Positions 1-11,451 of a DNA stretch of 64,000 nt are shown piece by piece (position 1 is the stretch's first letter; the number at the start of each line of letters is the position of its first letter). The notes under the pieces were generated by a model that worked only from the letters and a program-made list of their open reading frames with translations, was not told the origin of the DNA and ran no database searches. Both the position numbers and the translations under genes were made by a program. Origin of the DNA: Perna viridis. Taxonomy: Eukaryota. Where the stretch lies: assembly GCA_037379345.1 (NCBI GenBank), contig CM074517.1:5580001-5644000 (forward strand). Direction: 5' to 3'.

Positions 1-691
1 AGAAAAAAAGTGTCAAAAAATGGACTAAATTCTACCCTGAAAATACATTATGAATATCGGAGCTAAGTTTGCTTTCAAGACTAATTGCTCAATGAAATAT
101 TGTAGAATAATATCCATATTCCCTTGATTGATTCGAATTTGCCACTTAAGTTTCTACCATTCACTTCAAAAAGTTTTCTTCCTTCATCTGTCAAGTGACG
201 AACGACCTTGATTGACGATTGGTAATGTTGAATGGTGAAGAACGTCAAGTTTGATCTCATGCAAGTTTTTTTTACTTTAATAATACAACAAACAAAGTCA
301 TCTTAAGCGTTATTTACCTCATGGAAGGGTACAAAACTGAAATTACAAAGATTAACATTCATAAGCACACAAAACCTGCCTTCAAAATGACATTCGAATT
401 TAAAATGATCATAGCAGAAATGCTTAGCCATACTCATTAGCATGTGAACGATCTAAAAAAAAAAGCAATGACTGCAAATGTTATAGAGTGACAGTACAAC
501 TCAGTATATTTGATAAAACATATTGCCCCCACATCGCTTAGTATTTTTTGAGTTTATGAGTGTGTATTTTTGTTTTTATTAATAAGTAAATGCTATTTTT
601 TTCCAATGCGTTTTTGGCCTTTCTTTTTGTCGTAATTTTTATCTCATTTTAGACTGTGTTTTTCATTGATTTCACTTTCTTTTATTTGTAG

Positions 692-1734
692 GCAAAAGAG
701 ACTTATCCCCTGATGAATTGCAAGCAATATTACTGCAAGGGATTTTATCAGGAAAGGCTACAAAAGAAGTGTATATAAATCCAAGAGATTTTTATCCCCA
801 ACGGTTACTGATATTTATTGTTTATGTACAACCATTCATCAGCATTTTTTCCTTTATGTTGTTATGCTTATTGCATTATCTCCTCTGGGGAAAGAACTTT
901 TATCATAGATATGGTTTCATGTCGTTGTATTCAACTTTTGAGGTGACACTTCTTTTTTCAGAAAGCCTAATCAATGCAGTGATTTTTTTTGGCGGTAAAG
1001 ACTATATAGAGTTTCACTGGTGTTACCCTTACCTTGCTTTCACATTCACTGTGCCATCTGCTTTGTACTTCTGTTGTCAATGGTTACGAGTTGCCCAGGC
1101 AACGCAAAGAGTTTTAGTTGTGTACTTACCAATGACATATCAGCGGTATTTTAACAGGCAAAACGTTGTAATTGGGATTATATTTGTATTAATCGTTGCT
1201 TTCTCGGTGTCAACAGTCAGTATTTGGATTCTAAATCCCAAAGAGAGACTTATTATTGATACATTAAACAAAAAGATGGTTTCAGTTTGTATAGCAGACA
1301 TTGTACAAACGAATAACGATACGAATGTGATAAATGTGGCAATTTCCATTTTCATTATGATATCAAGTGATGCAATACCAATTGTATCAATGTCTGTTTT
1401 GTGTTTATTGTTGTCGAGAAAAATCAAAAAACAAAACCTGTTTAGACGACAATTCCAGACGAACAGAGAAAACCTTATTGAAAGAGACAGAATGATAATA
1501 GTCGTAACTATAACAACTTTTCTCGCGGTTATCGCCTCTATTCCCAGAATTATAGAACCTTTATTAGGAATCAATAGTGATGTATACTTTACGTCTGTTG
1601 ATTCACTGGAAGTTTTAGCTATTGTCGATAAAGCTATCAGAGTTGTATCTGTACCAACAACTTTTATTCTATTCGGGTCTTTGTCGGCAGAGTTTAGAAA
1701 TACTTGCAAGAAATTTATAGTATGTAATAAATAA
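692..1734 (+). CDS. Terminal coding exon of a divergent class A (rhodopsin-like) 7TM GPCR, sex-peptide/MIP-receptor-like (paralog A)
   Basis: Intact 338-aa ORF with seven hydrophobic segments, ECL1/TM3 'DYIEFHWCYPY', TM3 end 'QWLRVAQATQRVLVVYLP' (QR in place of DRY), ECL2 Cys, TM5 Pro, TM6 'ASIPR' and helix-8 'SAEFRNT'. The ORF track start is TTG. A polypyrimidine tract plus AG at 690-691 gives an in-frame phase-1 acceptor (GKRDLSPDELQ...), so the start codon is probably in an upstream exon. AATAAA motifs lie at and after the stop. Confidence 0.88.
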
Positions 1735-2563
1735 TAATAATAAAAAATTGCAGCGTAGGACAATATTTGTGCAAAAAACTTCTATATGAATGAACTTACA
1801 AAGGCCTTTGCAGATCATCTACGAAAAAATGAACACATATTTATGAGTCTGATTCGGCGACGATACGATCGATCCAATAATCGTCCGAACTAGACGTGAA
1901 AACGCCTCTAAGGCAGTTTAGAATTTTTATACGAATAAACATTTTTTACTTTTAATTTCAAATTTAAATTTAACTGATGACAACCATATTAAGAAGAAAC
2001 TCATTGTAGTAAATCGACAGCAACTCAATATAACACATTTCGTTATGCTGTTCACATCTATCATTTACCTACTATGTTCATGATCATCAGACATAATCCA
2101 GCACTGATAAGTTGTATTCAGCATGTCAAAAGAGCAACGCTACCTTGTTTAATATAAATAATGAAGTCTAAGTAAGTGTAACTGCAACTTTGGTAAATGT
2201 AATATGGTATACAATTCGAGTCAGACAAGTCCTACTGGCGGATAAGTCGTTATAAAACCTCATGAGACCTTATAATATGAAACACGACTATAAATACTAA
2301 TTACTTTTTACTTACGAAGCGATTCACACATGACATGGGCATTTGATTTAAGAATTGGACAGGAAAGAAAATTATCCGAAATACATTGTAGTAAAATCAA
2401 ATGTTCATATCAAAATTTACTGCAGTACATAGGACAAATTTTCACAAACTACTTGATATCATGAAATAAACATATCATAACAATAAATCATGCAAAAATC
2501 ATCTGACGTAGCATCACGACCTTACTTTAAGATTTCAAGGATAATGAGTAGTATCTCACTGTA

Positions 2564-2845
2564 TCATAGTTTTTCCTTCTTTCATCTTCCGTACACATTG
2601 GACGTGGCATTTTGTGAGTATTCCGGAGAGTGTTTCTGGAATAAAAAGCAGAAGGCGCTTTAACTAGGTCCAAGATTACAGTTTTTGTGGAATCCGGGTG
2701 ATGTTGTCTCGTTTACTTACTTTCGTTTGTATATACGTGCTATTTTGGCTATTTCATATCGTTTGTTTAGTCTCATTCTGATTAATCGTTAATTCCGGTT
2801 TATGTTCTTTTTGATTACCGATCGAATCCTGGTTCCTTTAATTTA
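2564..2845 (+). mobile_element. Old, diverged Naiad-type PLE 3' terminal repeat
   Basis: Colinear with 10030-10317: tcatagtttttcc...gtgtttctggaa..aagcagaaggcgctt..cagtttttgtggaatccg...ttcttttt gattaccg..cctggttcc. Confidence 0.7.
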
Positions 2846-2959
2846 TTTATATGACAGTCACTATACGATTAGGTATACCAATAAGAACAAACTGTACTCC
2901 TTTACTCACAGATCTGCTTCTCAAATGTTGTGAGGTGTAAGTCATAGCAGATTTAGTTA

Positions 2960-3040
2960 ACGAGTAATCAAGGGAACCAAGATTCTAGCCGAAATCAAAA
3001 GAATGTAATCCAGAGACAAAGACCAGACATGGAAAACATG
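2960..3040 (-). mobile_element. Naiad-type PLE extreme 3' end fragment
   Basis: gagtaatcaagggaaccaag...aaaagaatgtaatccagagacaaagaccagacatggaaaaca is the reverse complement of about 10239-10316. Confidence 0.85.
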
Positions 3041-3044
3041 GAGA

Positions 3045-3133
3045 ACTGCCAAATTTGCGAATTAAATTGTTGGTCATTCCCTCCGTAGGACTCGAACGCG
3101 TACCCCTGTGACATCTATGGCAACACCGCCCTT
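3045..3133 (-). repeat. Fragment of the tRNA-derived repeat also seen at 38911-39699
   Basis: actgccaaatttgcga...ttccctccgtaggactcgaac...tgtgacatctatggcaacaccgcc matches 39021-39100. B-box GTTCGAGTCC is on the minus strand. Confidence 0.8.
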
Positions 3134-3214
3134 TGACAGTAGATATATAATGAGCAACATTTTCAGTCAACAAATGACCTTCTTCAGTGCCTTAAATAAA
3201 CTGAGTGTGTATGA

Positions 3215-4722
3215 AACCTAACTGAAGATGAAACATTATTATTAGCTAAGGGTCTCAATTTCTGCCCAGTTCCCGGTCCTGTACACGAAACCATCCTGAC
3301 CGAGGAACTTGACAACTTCGCCAGGTGTTTGAGGATATAAGAGTACTTTAGCTCAAAAGAGAGTGAGGGACAAAATGAGAGTGATTCAGTAGATGAAAAT
3401 AACTATCGGTTTATAAAGAAAAGTGAGTGGGTCCCTAAAAAGAGCAAAAATTTAACTTTGGAATCATTTATTGATAATGTTAAATCTGACATAATAAGAA
3501 ATGTAAGGGTCAACATAGAGAGTCACGATAATTTAACAATAGGGGAACGTGCTGCAATTCAAGGTCTAAGGACCAATGACAATATCATAATAAAACCTGC
3601 AGACAAAGGCAGCGCTGTAGTGAGCATGAACAAATCCGCCTACATTAATGAGTCCAAGCGTCAACTTAAAGATGACCGGTTTTATATCAAATTAACAACA
3701 GACCCCACTCAATCCATTGCGGAAGAAATAAAAACTGAGTTAAACAGAATGTACGAAAATAACCACATTGGCGTTCAAACTCTTGAATATCTCAAACCTG
3801 AAAATTCTAAACCTCTGCTAATGGCCATCCAACAGAGAAAATTTCGGAATTTTTGGACTTTCATCTATGTTGAAAAGCTTCCATTATTTATAAAAGATAC
3901 GACTAATTACTAACAGAAGATTCAGGCTCTGAATCCCCTTCCACCAAACACCACTCTGGTCACTATGGACGTCACATCTCTCTATACCAACATTCCTCAC
4001 TCTGATGGTATCGAGGCTTGTAGAGAAGTATGGGACTCTCGGTAGGTCAAAGTTCCACCTACTGACTGCCTAGTCACTTTACTCATAATGGTTTTAAAAA
4101 AAGAACAATTTTACTTTTAATGGAGACCATTATTTACAAATAAATGGCTATGGGTACCAAAATGGCTCCGTCTTATGCCAATATTTTCATGGGAAAATTT
4201 GAAAAAGAACTACTTGAATCCTCCATAGAAAAGCCTCTGTCCTGGTATAGATTTGTTGACGACGTGGATATGAAGTTAACATATGACAAAGAAGAACTAA
4301 ACAATTTTATCGCACGTGCCAACAATCAACATCTTTCAATTAAGTTCAATCACGAAACATCTGCTACTAACATCTGATTTCTCGATACCTCCAGCACCTT
4401 ATGGGGGAGAGCTATCCACGGACCTATACTCCAAACCAACTGACACACATCAATATCTTATGCCTAAGAGCTGTCATCCATCGCACCTGACTAAGAGTAT
4501 ACTATTCAGTCAAGCTCTTAGGCTAAGGCGCATTTGTTCAAATGACGAATCCTTAAAAAAACGTTTAGGTCAACTGAAGAACAATTTAAGAAGAAGGGGA
4601 TATAGATACAAGACCATAAAAGAAGGTTTTAAAAAAATCATAATATCCCAAGAAGTAGTCTGTTACAGTACAAGGCAAAGAAAAAAGAACCCCTTGTGTT
4701 CTAACATACCACCCTGCGTTAT
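3215..4722 (+). mobile_element. Penelope-like retroelement (Neptune-type RT), frameshifted and 3'-truncated before the GIY-YIG domain
   Basis: Motifs across frames: [92 protein letters not shown]. Multiple stops and frameshifts. Confidence 0.9.
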
Positions 4723-4724
4723 AA

Positions 4725-4830
4725 AAAACGACAAACTAATGTCTCACCCCTATGTTCCATTTTTAGTAACGGCGGCCATGGTTTTCGAAGAATCATAAAT
4801 CCCTATTGATATATGCAGGATATCCCAACG
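4725..4830 (+). repeat. Helentron/HINE-like internal repeat unit, copy 1
   Basis: Similar to 5852-5960 (gtct.ac.cctatg.tc.atttttagtaa.ggcggccatg.ttttcga.gaatcataa.tcccta). Confidence 0.55.
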
Positions 4831-4845
4831 TATGTACCGAATGTA

Positions 4846-5851
4846 GTACTCTCTGTCAAAATAAAATTAATTTGACTCTATCGATATGAAAGGTTAGGGT
4901 ACCTGGTGAGGTTATAGGTCTTGGTCGTCTCAGGTTTAAAGATATCCGAAACACAAGATGAACAGATAAAAACATAAATTCCTTCTGACTAAATATAAAA
5001 AAGAGAGGTAACTGCTGCCTCGTATGAGTACATTGAACATTACAGAGGGAATTACATTATAAATGAACTCGTGAGCAAAATCATAATAATAATAATAAAT
5101 ACAGACAATTAATTCGTAAAACTGATTGGAAATATGCAGCAAATAGCTTACTGGAAACTTTGTTTAACTCAACAACTGAAAATAAATATTATGAAACAAT
5201 ACAATCAAGAAAATAAAAATAAACGTAAATATTTGCTGTTCCATGCTTAATCGGAGGGATAAGACAGATATTTATCGAAATAAACAAATGCAACTCATTT
5301 CGAAAGGTACCCATATTGAGTTTTGCTGGGATAGGAATATGAACACAATTATTCTTACATTGTACTCTCTGTAAAAACTAAACATAATTGACTCTATATA
5401 TATGGAAGGCTAGAGTACCTGATGAGGATGTACAGCCTTGGTCGTCTTGACCTAAATGATATCCGAAACACAAGATGAACAGATAAAAAGATAAGTCCCT
5501 ACTGACTAAATATAAAAATAGAGGTAACTGCTACCTCGTATGAGTACACTGAACATTACAAGAGAATAACATTATCAAAGAACTCGTGTGTAGAGAATAT
5601 TAATAATTACAAACAAACGATCAAACATTAAAACTGATTGGAAATATGCAGCAAATAGCTATCAGAAACTGAAAATAAATATAATGAAACGATATAATCA
5701 AGAAAATAAAAATAAACGTAAATATTTGCAGTTCCATGCTTAATCGGAGGGATAAGACAGGTATTTATCTAATTAAACAAATGCAACTCATTTCGAAAGG
5801 CATTGGTATTGAGTTTTGCTCGGAAAGGAATATGAACACGTTTATTCTTAC
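4846..5851 (+). repeat. Two-unit tandem repeat (period 516 bp), each unit starting with a hammerhead-ribozyme-like motif
   Basis: Units start at gtactctctgt (4846 and 5362) and end at tattcttaca. Similarity is high throughout. Each unit has CTG(A/G)TGA...GAAAC with flanking stems. Confidence 0.85.
5362..5474 (+). ncRNA. Candidate hammerhead ribozyme (second copy at 4842-4957)
   Basis: Stem I gtactct(5362-68)/agagtac(5412-18), core CTGATGA 5419-25, stem II ggatgt(5426-31)/atatcc(5459-64), GAAA 5465-68. Stem III is weak in this copy. Confidence 0.45.
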
Positions 5852-6030
5852 AACGAAAAACTACTGTCTGACACCTATGCTCTATTTTTAGTAATGGCGG
5901 CCATGTTTTTCGACGAATCATAACTCCCTAAATTACTTCTATACAGAATACCCCAAGGAACATTCAAACCAAGTTTCGTTTCAGTTGGTCAAGTAGTGTC
6001 AGAGGAGAAGAGTTTTGAAAAATTGTTTTT
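5852..6030 (+). repeat. Helentron/HINE-like internal repeat unit, copy 2
   Basis: ggcggccatgttttt...accaagtttc...cagaggagaagagtttt motif set, typical of molluscan non-autonomous Helitron-related repeats. Paralogous to 4725-4830. Confidence 0.55.
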
Positions 6031-8934
6031 TCGATATTTTGATAGTTATTTACAATAAATTCATGACCTGATATTTTTATTATTGTTTTGGGTCTAAATT
6101 TTGTGTTGAGAACTTAAAATAGGGAATTTCATTATGATGATGACTTATCAATACATATGATATTTTAATGTGCATAATTTACTAGTTTCAACAGATGGAC
6201 TCGAAACAAAATTTACTAATTGGGAGATATTGAATGTAGTTCTTGAATCTAGTTTGCGTTTAAGACTTTCTGAGATTTTCGGTATCCATTGCAGATGCTT
6301 TTGATTACAATATGGTGATTACGAAGCATGATCTGCTTAACAACGAAAAGATTTTAGTTTGAGGAATCTTTTTTTTTGAAAATTTATAAAAATAAAAAAA
6401 AAATGCCAATTTGATGAGGAATTCCATAAAAACCGAAAAATGTCAAGAACGTTATTTTAAATTTTTATACAGCTATAATGAAATATGCTGAAACCTTTAG
6501 TCAATGGATTGGGTAACATTGGCATGTAAGAAATAAATGTTGTGTCGGAAACCTAATATTTTTTATTTATAATTCCATGTTCATTGTAGAAGTTTCTGGA
6601 TTCTATGTTATCTGGTGGAGTACCTTAGTCTAGAACACATATCTTATAAAAGAGATATTCGTACAATCGCTTTATGCAATTTGAGAAAGACACCGGTATT
6701 GTAAAATTAGTGCTATTGTCTGGTTAACACGTTTTGGAATGTGTTTATTTTTTTAATTAGCGATCTGTAAGTCCTTTTCTTGCAAGATATCTTTTTGTGT
6801 TACAAAAGAGACAGGTGTGCAAGAAAGAATCGTTTATTTTAGACCTAACGACTGCGAAATAGAACTTCGTTATATTTATATATATTACAAACAACGGACA
6901 CTAAGAATTATATGCATAACAAAAACCGCATGTTCGACTTAATTAGAAGATCCACATAATATAAGCACGCAATTATTTTATAATTGAAAATGTTTTGTTA
7001 CAAAATGGGTTTGTCAGATGTCAGACAATTTCGTTCTGGTACAAGTGTAGGCAGCAGTGTCGGAATTTTATTTTCTGATAAACATCAGCAAGTTATCCTC
7101 GAAACTCGTTCTAGACACTGGTGGCACCCCTCTAAGAATATGCATGATTCTTGAAAGTCAGAGAAAAAGTGAATGATTTTATTCGAGATTATCCGATTGT
7201 CAAATGATGTATCTGGCCAGTACACCCCTTCTCTATGACATTATGTTTGCTTTACTCTGCTTCTTATCAATTGAATTTGAAATTCCTTTGTTGATCAGAT
7301 TTGCTAGGGTTTTGCTTGGTGTTGAGAGTGCTGTAATGCTTCTCCAATTGTTACAATTACCTACGTCTCCCCCTGTTGGTTGTCTGGTTATCTTTCGTTT
7401 ATTCCATTTGTTTTGTGTTTTGAGATATATGAGCTATATATTTTTAAAGATGTGTTGAAGGATACTTTATCATAATGGAGGGTCTGTTTTTAAATATCCC
7501 AATGCAGAAATGGTTTCATCAATATCTGGAGAGTTTTTATTAATGTCTTATTTAGTCCCTGGTCCTTGTAAGGCTTGTTTATTTGCAGGAGGAGGTCGCT
7601 CAATACCTCTTTAAACTGTTGTGTCCATCTTAATTCTTGTTCGTTTTACTTTTCTTCTTTCTTCATCAGACCGACAGAAGCATCAATGAAGACAGTGGAT
7701 GGAGATATAGTAGATCATAAAAAGGTTATAACTGATCAATAACGGATAAGAAATTACGGATTAAGTATACTCAAAATACAAAACAGTCAAAGATAGTAAG
7801 AGGTTCGCACTGATAAAAGCTATAAACGAGCGAAGAAGGACTTCGAACAGAAAACAACATCCTCAAATGAACATAGTTCTGATGTTCAGTAGCAAAATAG
7901 GTTGCCATTTGATGGAAAAGGAGATTAGTGCATCTAAATATTGCAATTTACTACCACTGCCGATACGTGTAAATGGTCAAACAAATACCGCCTAGATGGG
8001 AAGAATGTTAAGAAGAAAGGCGCTGTCATATTTTAATACCAGATCAGAGTCAATCGATTCAGATTAAGGTCTTTAATGTAATAAGTTAAATAATAAATAT
8101 GGGTGGTAGGATACTCTGTTTAGATTTTCAGTAGATGGTTACCTGGAGTCACCCGACAAATTCGTTGGAATAGTGGTGGCTGGTGCATGCTGACAAAAGA
8201 GCTACCAACATTCAAAATGAAGATGCTGTTCAGTATATACGTTGGACAATTAGCAATCAAAAGGTTATAAAGGGGATAAGAAAATTAGATATCAAAAGAC
8301 TGACATTTGAGGAAACAAAAACTCCATTTATCCATTTAGAAATGTTAATGTCAGAGCAGTGGGTAAAGAGAATGATAAACGGAGTTGATTATAGAAAGAT
8401 GATTTAAAAAGTACAAGGGGAAATAGGCTGAGACCAATATAATAGCAAATAAAATATCAGTTTTTTTTTAAATAAGTGTTAACAAGGAAAAATGGTGGCA
8501 ATTTCTTCTTTCAGAGACATGGCCTATAGCCCTGAAAGGTCTACTTTCTGTTGTAACAGAGATGGACATTTTGCAAGGAGTTTTAACAATGCTTTGTAAA
8601 CTCAGTAGTTACGAATATGAGTTGATCTCCAAGTCCTTTAAACTCTATGTGGTCTTGACTTATTCAGCAAAATTTGGAAAACACTTGGAAAATTCACGCA
8701 GTAGAAAACCAACCGAACAAACTGTCTACATATGCTATTTTAACCTGAAAACAGACCAGACACACTGTTGGCTAGTAATGCTGTTTTATCCTTAGTTGGG
8801 AATCTTAATAAGCTCACATCTGGTATGGATTGTTCCCCGACAATTCCAACAGGGTGTACCCAATTGCATGTTCAGTCTGCTGACCATATATTCCATTAAC
8901 CATGTTCCATCACTTTAAATGATATATTCAATAT

Positions 8935-10317
8935 ACGATGATTGTGATTTACCGTCTATGTACTGGATTTCTAAACTCCACAAGAATCTATACAAAGAAC
9001 GTTTCATAGCTGGATCTGCAAAATGTACCGCCAAACCTCTTTCAAAAATTTTAACTGCTATACTCACAACTGTCAAAGAGGGTCTGCAGTCCTACCACAA
9101 CACTTGTTACTCCCGTAGTGGTATCAATTCAATGTGGATTCTGAAAAAGATCTTTTGGAGACAATCAGTTTAAGACTATTATCTAAATATAATAGCATTA
9201 AAACTTATGATTTTTCAAAACTGTATACTTCCATTCCCCATACTCAGTTAAAATCCCGACTTAAAAACATTATACATCGTTGTTTTTCCAAAAAGATGGT
9301 ACGCCTAGATACAAATATATAGTTCTTGGTAGAGATTCCTCATACTTTGTAAGAAATAATTCCAAATAATCTTCCAAATATACAGAAGATGTTTACAAAA
9401 TGCTGGAATTTTTAATCGACAACATATTTGTCCAGTGTGGTGGACGTGTTTTTCAACAAACGGTCTGCATTCCAATGGGAACAAATTGTGCTCCTTTACT
9501 TGCGACCTATTCCTTCACTCTTATGAGACTGACTTTATAGTTGATCTGATGAGAAAGAAAGAATATCGTTTGGCTAGATCTTTCAATCTCAGTTTTTGCT
9601 ATATAGATGACGTATTATCTTTAAACAATCTTAATTTCGGGGATTTGATACATCGCATCTACCCAAAAGAACTTGAGATAAAAGATACTACAGACACTGT
9701 GAAGTCAGCCTCATATCTTGACCTACACTTAGAAATCGATGGTAAAGGAAAATTATTGACCAAACTTTACGAAAAACGTGATGACTTTTCATTCAGAATT
9801 GTCAACTTTCCTTTCATCTGTGGCAACATCTCTTCGGCACCTGCGTATGGAGTGTTCATATCACAACTCATACGTTATGCCAGAGCTTGCCGAAACTACG
9901 CAGATTTTTTGTATCGCGCTAGAACTGTAACAAATCGGCTTCTGGAACAGGATTATGTTGCTACAAGACTGAAGTCATCACTACAGAAGTTTCATAGTCG
10001 TCATCATGAACTTGTGGATCGTTATGGGTCATAGTTTTCCTTTCTTCCTCGTTTGTCTACCCCGGACTTGACTTTTTATGAGCAACTCGACCGGTGTTTC
10101 TAGAAAAGCAGAGGACGCTTATCCTACCGATGCACCTGGTCCATGCTCCCAGTTTTTAGTGGAGTCCGAGTTGCTCATTTGCTTTTGTTACTTTGTATGT
10201 ATGATTTTAGTTACTTTATGTTCTTTGTTGTGTATGTCTGTTTTCCATGTTTGGTCTTTGTCCCTGGATTACATTCTTTTGATTACCGCTATAACCTTGG
10301 TTCCCTTGATTACTCTT
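8935..10317 (+). mobile_element. Naiad-type PLE: RT domain plus 3' terminal repeat (pseudo-LTR), degenerate
   Basis: LPSMYWISKLHKN..ERFIAGSAKCTAKPLS, KTYDFSKLYTSIPH, IPMGTNCAP, YIDDVLSLNN, IYPKELEIKDTT, ASYLDLHL, IVNFPF..NISSAPAYGVFISQLIRYARAC. The RT ends the protein with no C-terminal endonuclease. The terminal repeat spans 10030-10317. Confidence 0.9.
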
Positions 10318-10329
10318 TGACGACAACGA

Positions 10330-11450
10330 TGACGAACCACATTGTACATATCAAAATATGGAATTAAAATTTGCAAAATATGCAACATTCCAATAACCGA
10401 CTTCTTTTCCACTTGTACCCTTACGAACAAAAGCTTTAAAACAAGAAGTCACGATGACTTAAGTTGTAAATCGACGAACTTAATTTACCCATTAGAATGG
10501 AACTTATGCGGTTATGCGAATGTGCGGTTATTGTTCGTACGGAAAGAGAGGAAAGCTGGATACGCAAAATAAGTACTGCATTAACTGACGGGTGCAGTGA
10601 AAACATCAAAAGTATAAGAAACCTTTCAAGCCAATATTACACTAACATAAATGTAATGAATTTATTTGACAAAAATCCAAGACGGATAAGGAGTCATGGC
10701 CATTGCCACTATACGTCACCTAAGATGCATGATGTCTCCATAGATGGTCTTCTTTTCATACACTCTTGAACTTAACTATATTCTATACCTCCCACTTTAC
10801 TACACTACCTTTAAAAACAAGTCTTGACACTCCTGTTTCAGAACCTACCTTATTATTATACGGATGTCTTGAAATCATTTTGAAATTGGTTTCCACAGAT
10901 GACTCTTTAAACTAGTTTGAGCAAAAGGTCAAGCTGAAGAAAAACGATCATTTCTTCAACTACCGTTTGTCAACAAAGGTATAGATGCAATTAATTTGGT
11001 TAACATCCTCCTTCAAAAAAACTAAACCAACAAAATTCCCCATATTTTAAGGACAAATCAATACCAATTATTTCATATTCATATACTTCACATTTGCATC
11101 CAAAGAATTTCAATTAGCTTAAGGTTATTGTTGAACCTCGATATTGAGTTTTGCAAGGCTAAACCACCTGACTGTTCTTTCCGGTCACATCGTTTTAGGA
11201 GTTTTACGCATCATCGAAAAGGAACTTCTCCGTAAATTCCTTTCTAAAGGTCCAAAATACCGTAAACCACGCTTCAATTGGAATTATAACTTTGAAGCTC
11301 TGACGAATACTGTGGAGGACTACGCAAGAAATTGGATAAAACGAAAACAAGATTCTCTGTCAGACTGGGTAAAGACGTACGGTCTTTAATTTTGAAACGT
11401 ATGAAAATTTTAAGTAGGTCAATGTGCGTGAATGCTACATCAGTTTTCAA
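10330..11450 (+). mobile_element. Naiad-type PLE 5' part: N-terminal GIY-YIG endonuclease and linker, degenerate
   Basis: CKIC...LSCKSTNLIY.LE.NLCG (GIY-YIG start with Cys motifs), RTEREESWIRKISTA..DGCSE (GIY-YIG C-terminal E/W/G motif) and LSKGPKYRKPR. Positions 10950-11450 match 13560-13015 on the minus strand. Confidence 0.8.
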
Positions 11451-11451
11451 A

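Noticed and set aside
1140-1763. 207-aa antisense ORF (and the 129-aa ORF at 23870-24259)
   Set aside because: Antisense shadows of the GPCR coding strand with no recognisable motifs.
10078-10367. Recurrent small hydrophobic ORFs (MSN..GVSRKAEDAYP...; also 15223, 35293, 35358)
   Set aside because: They are translations of the Naiad terminal repeat. Differences between copies include many amino-acid changes, and other copies are frameshifted or deleted.
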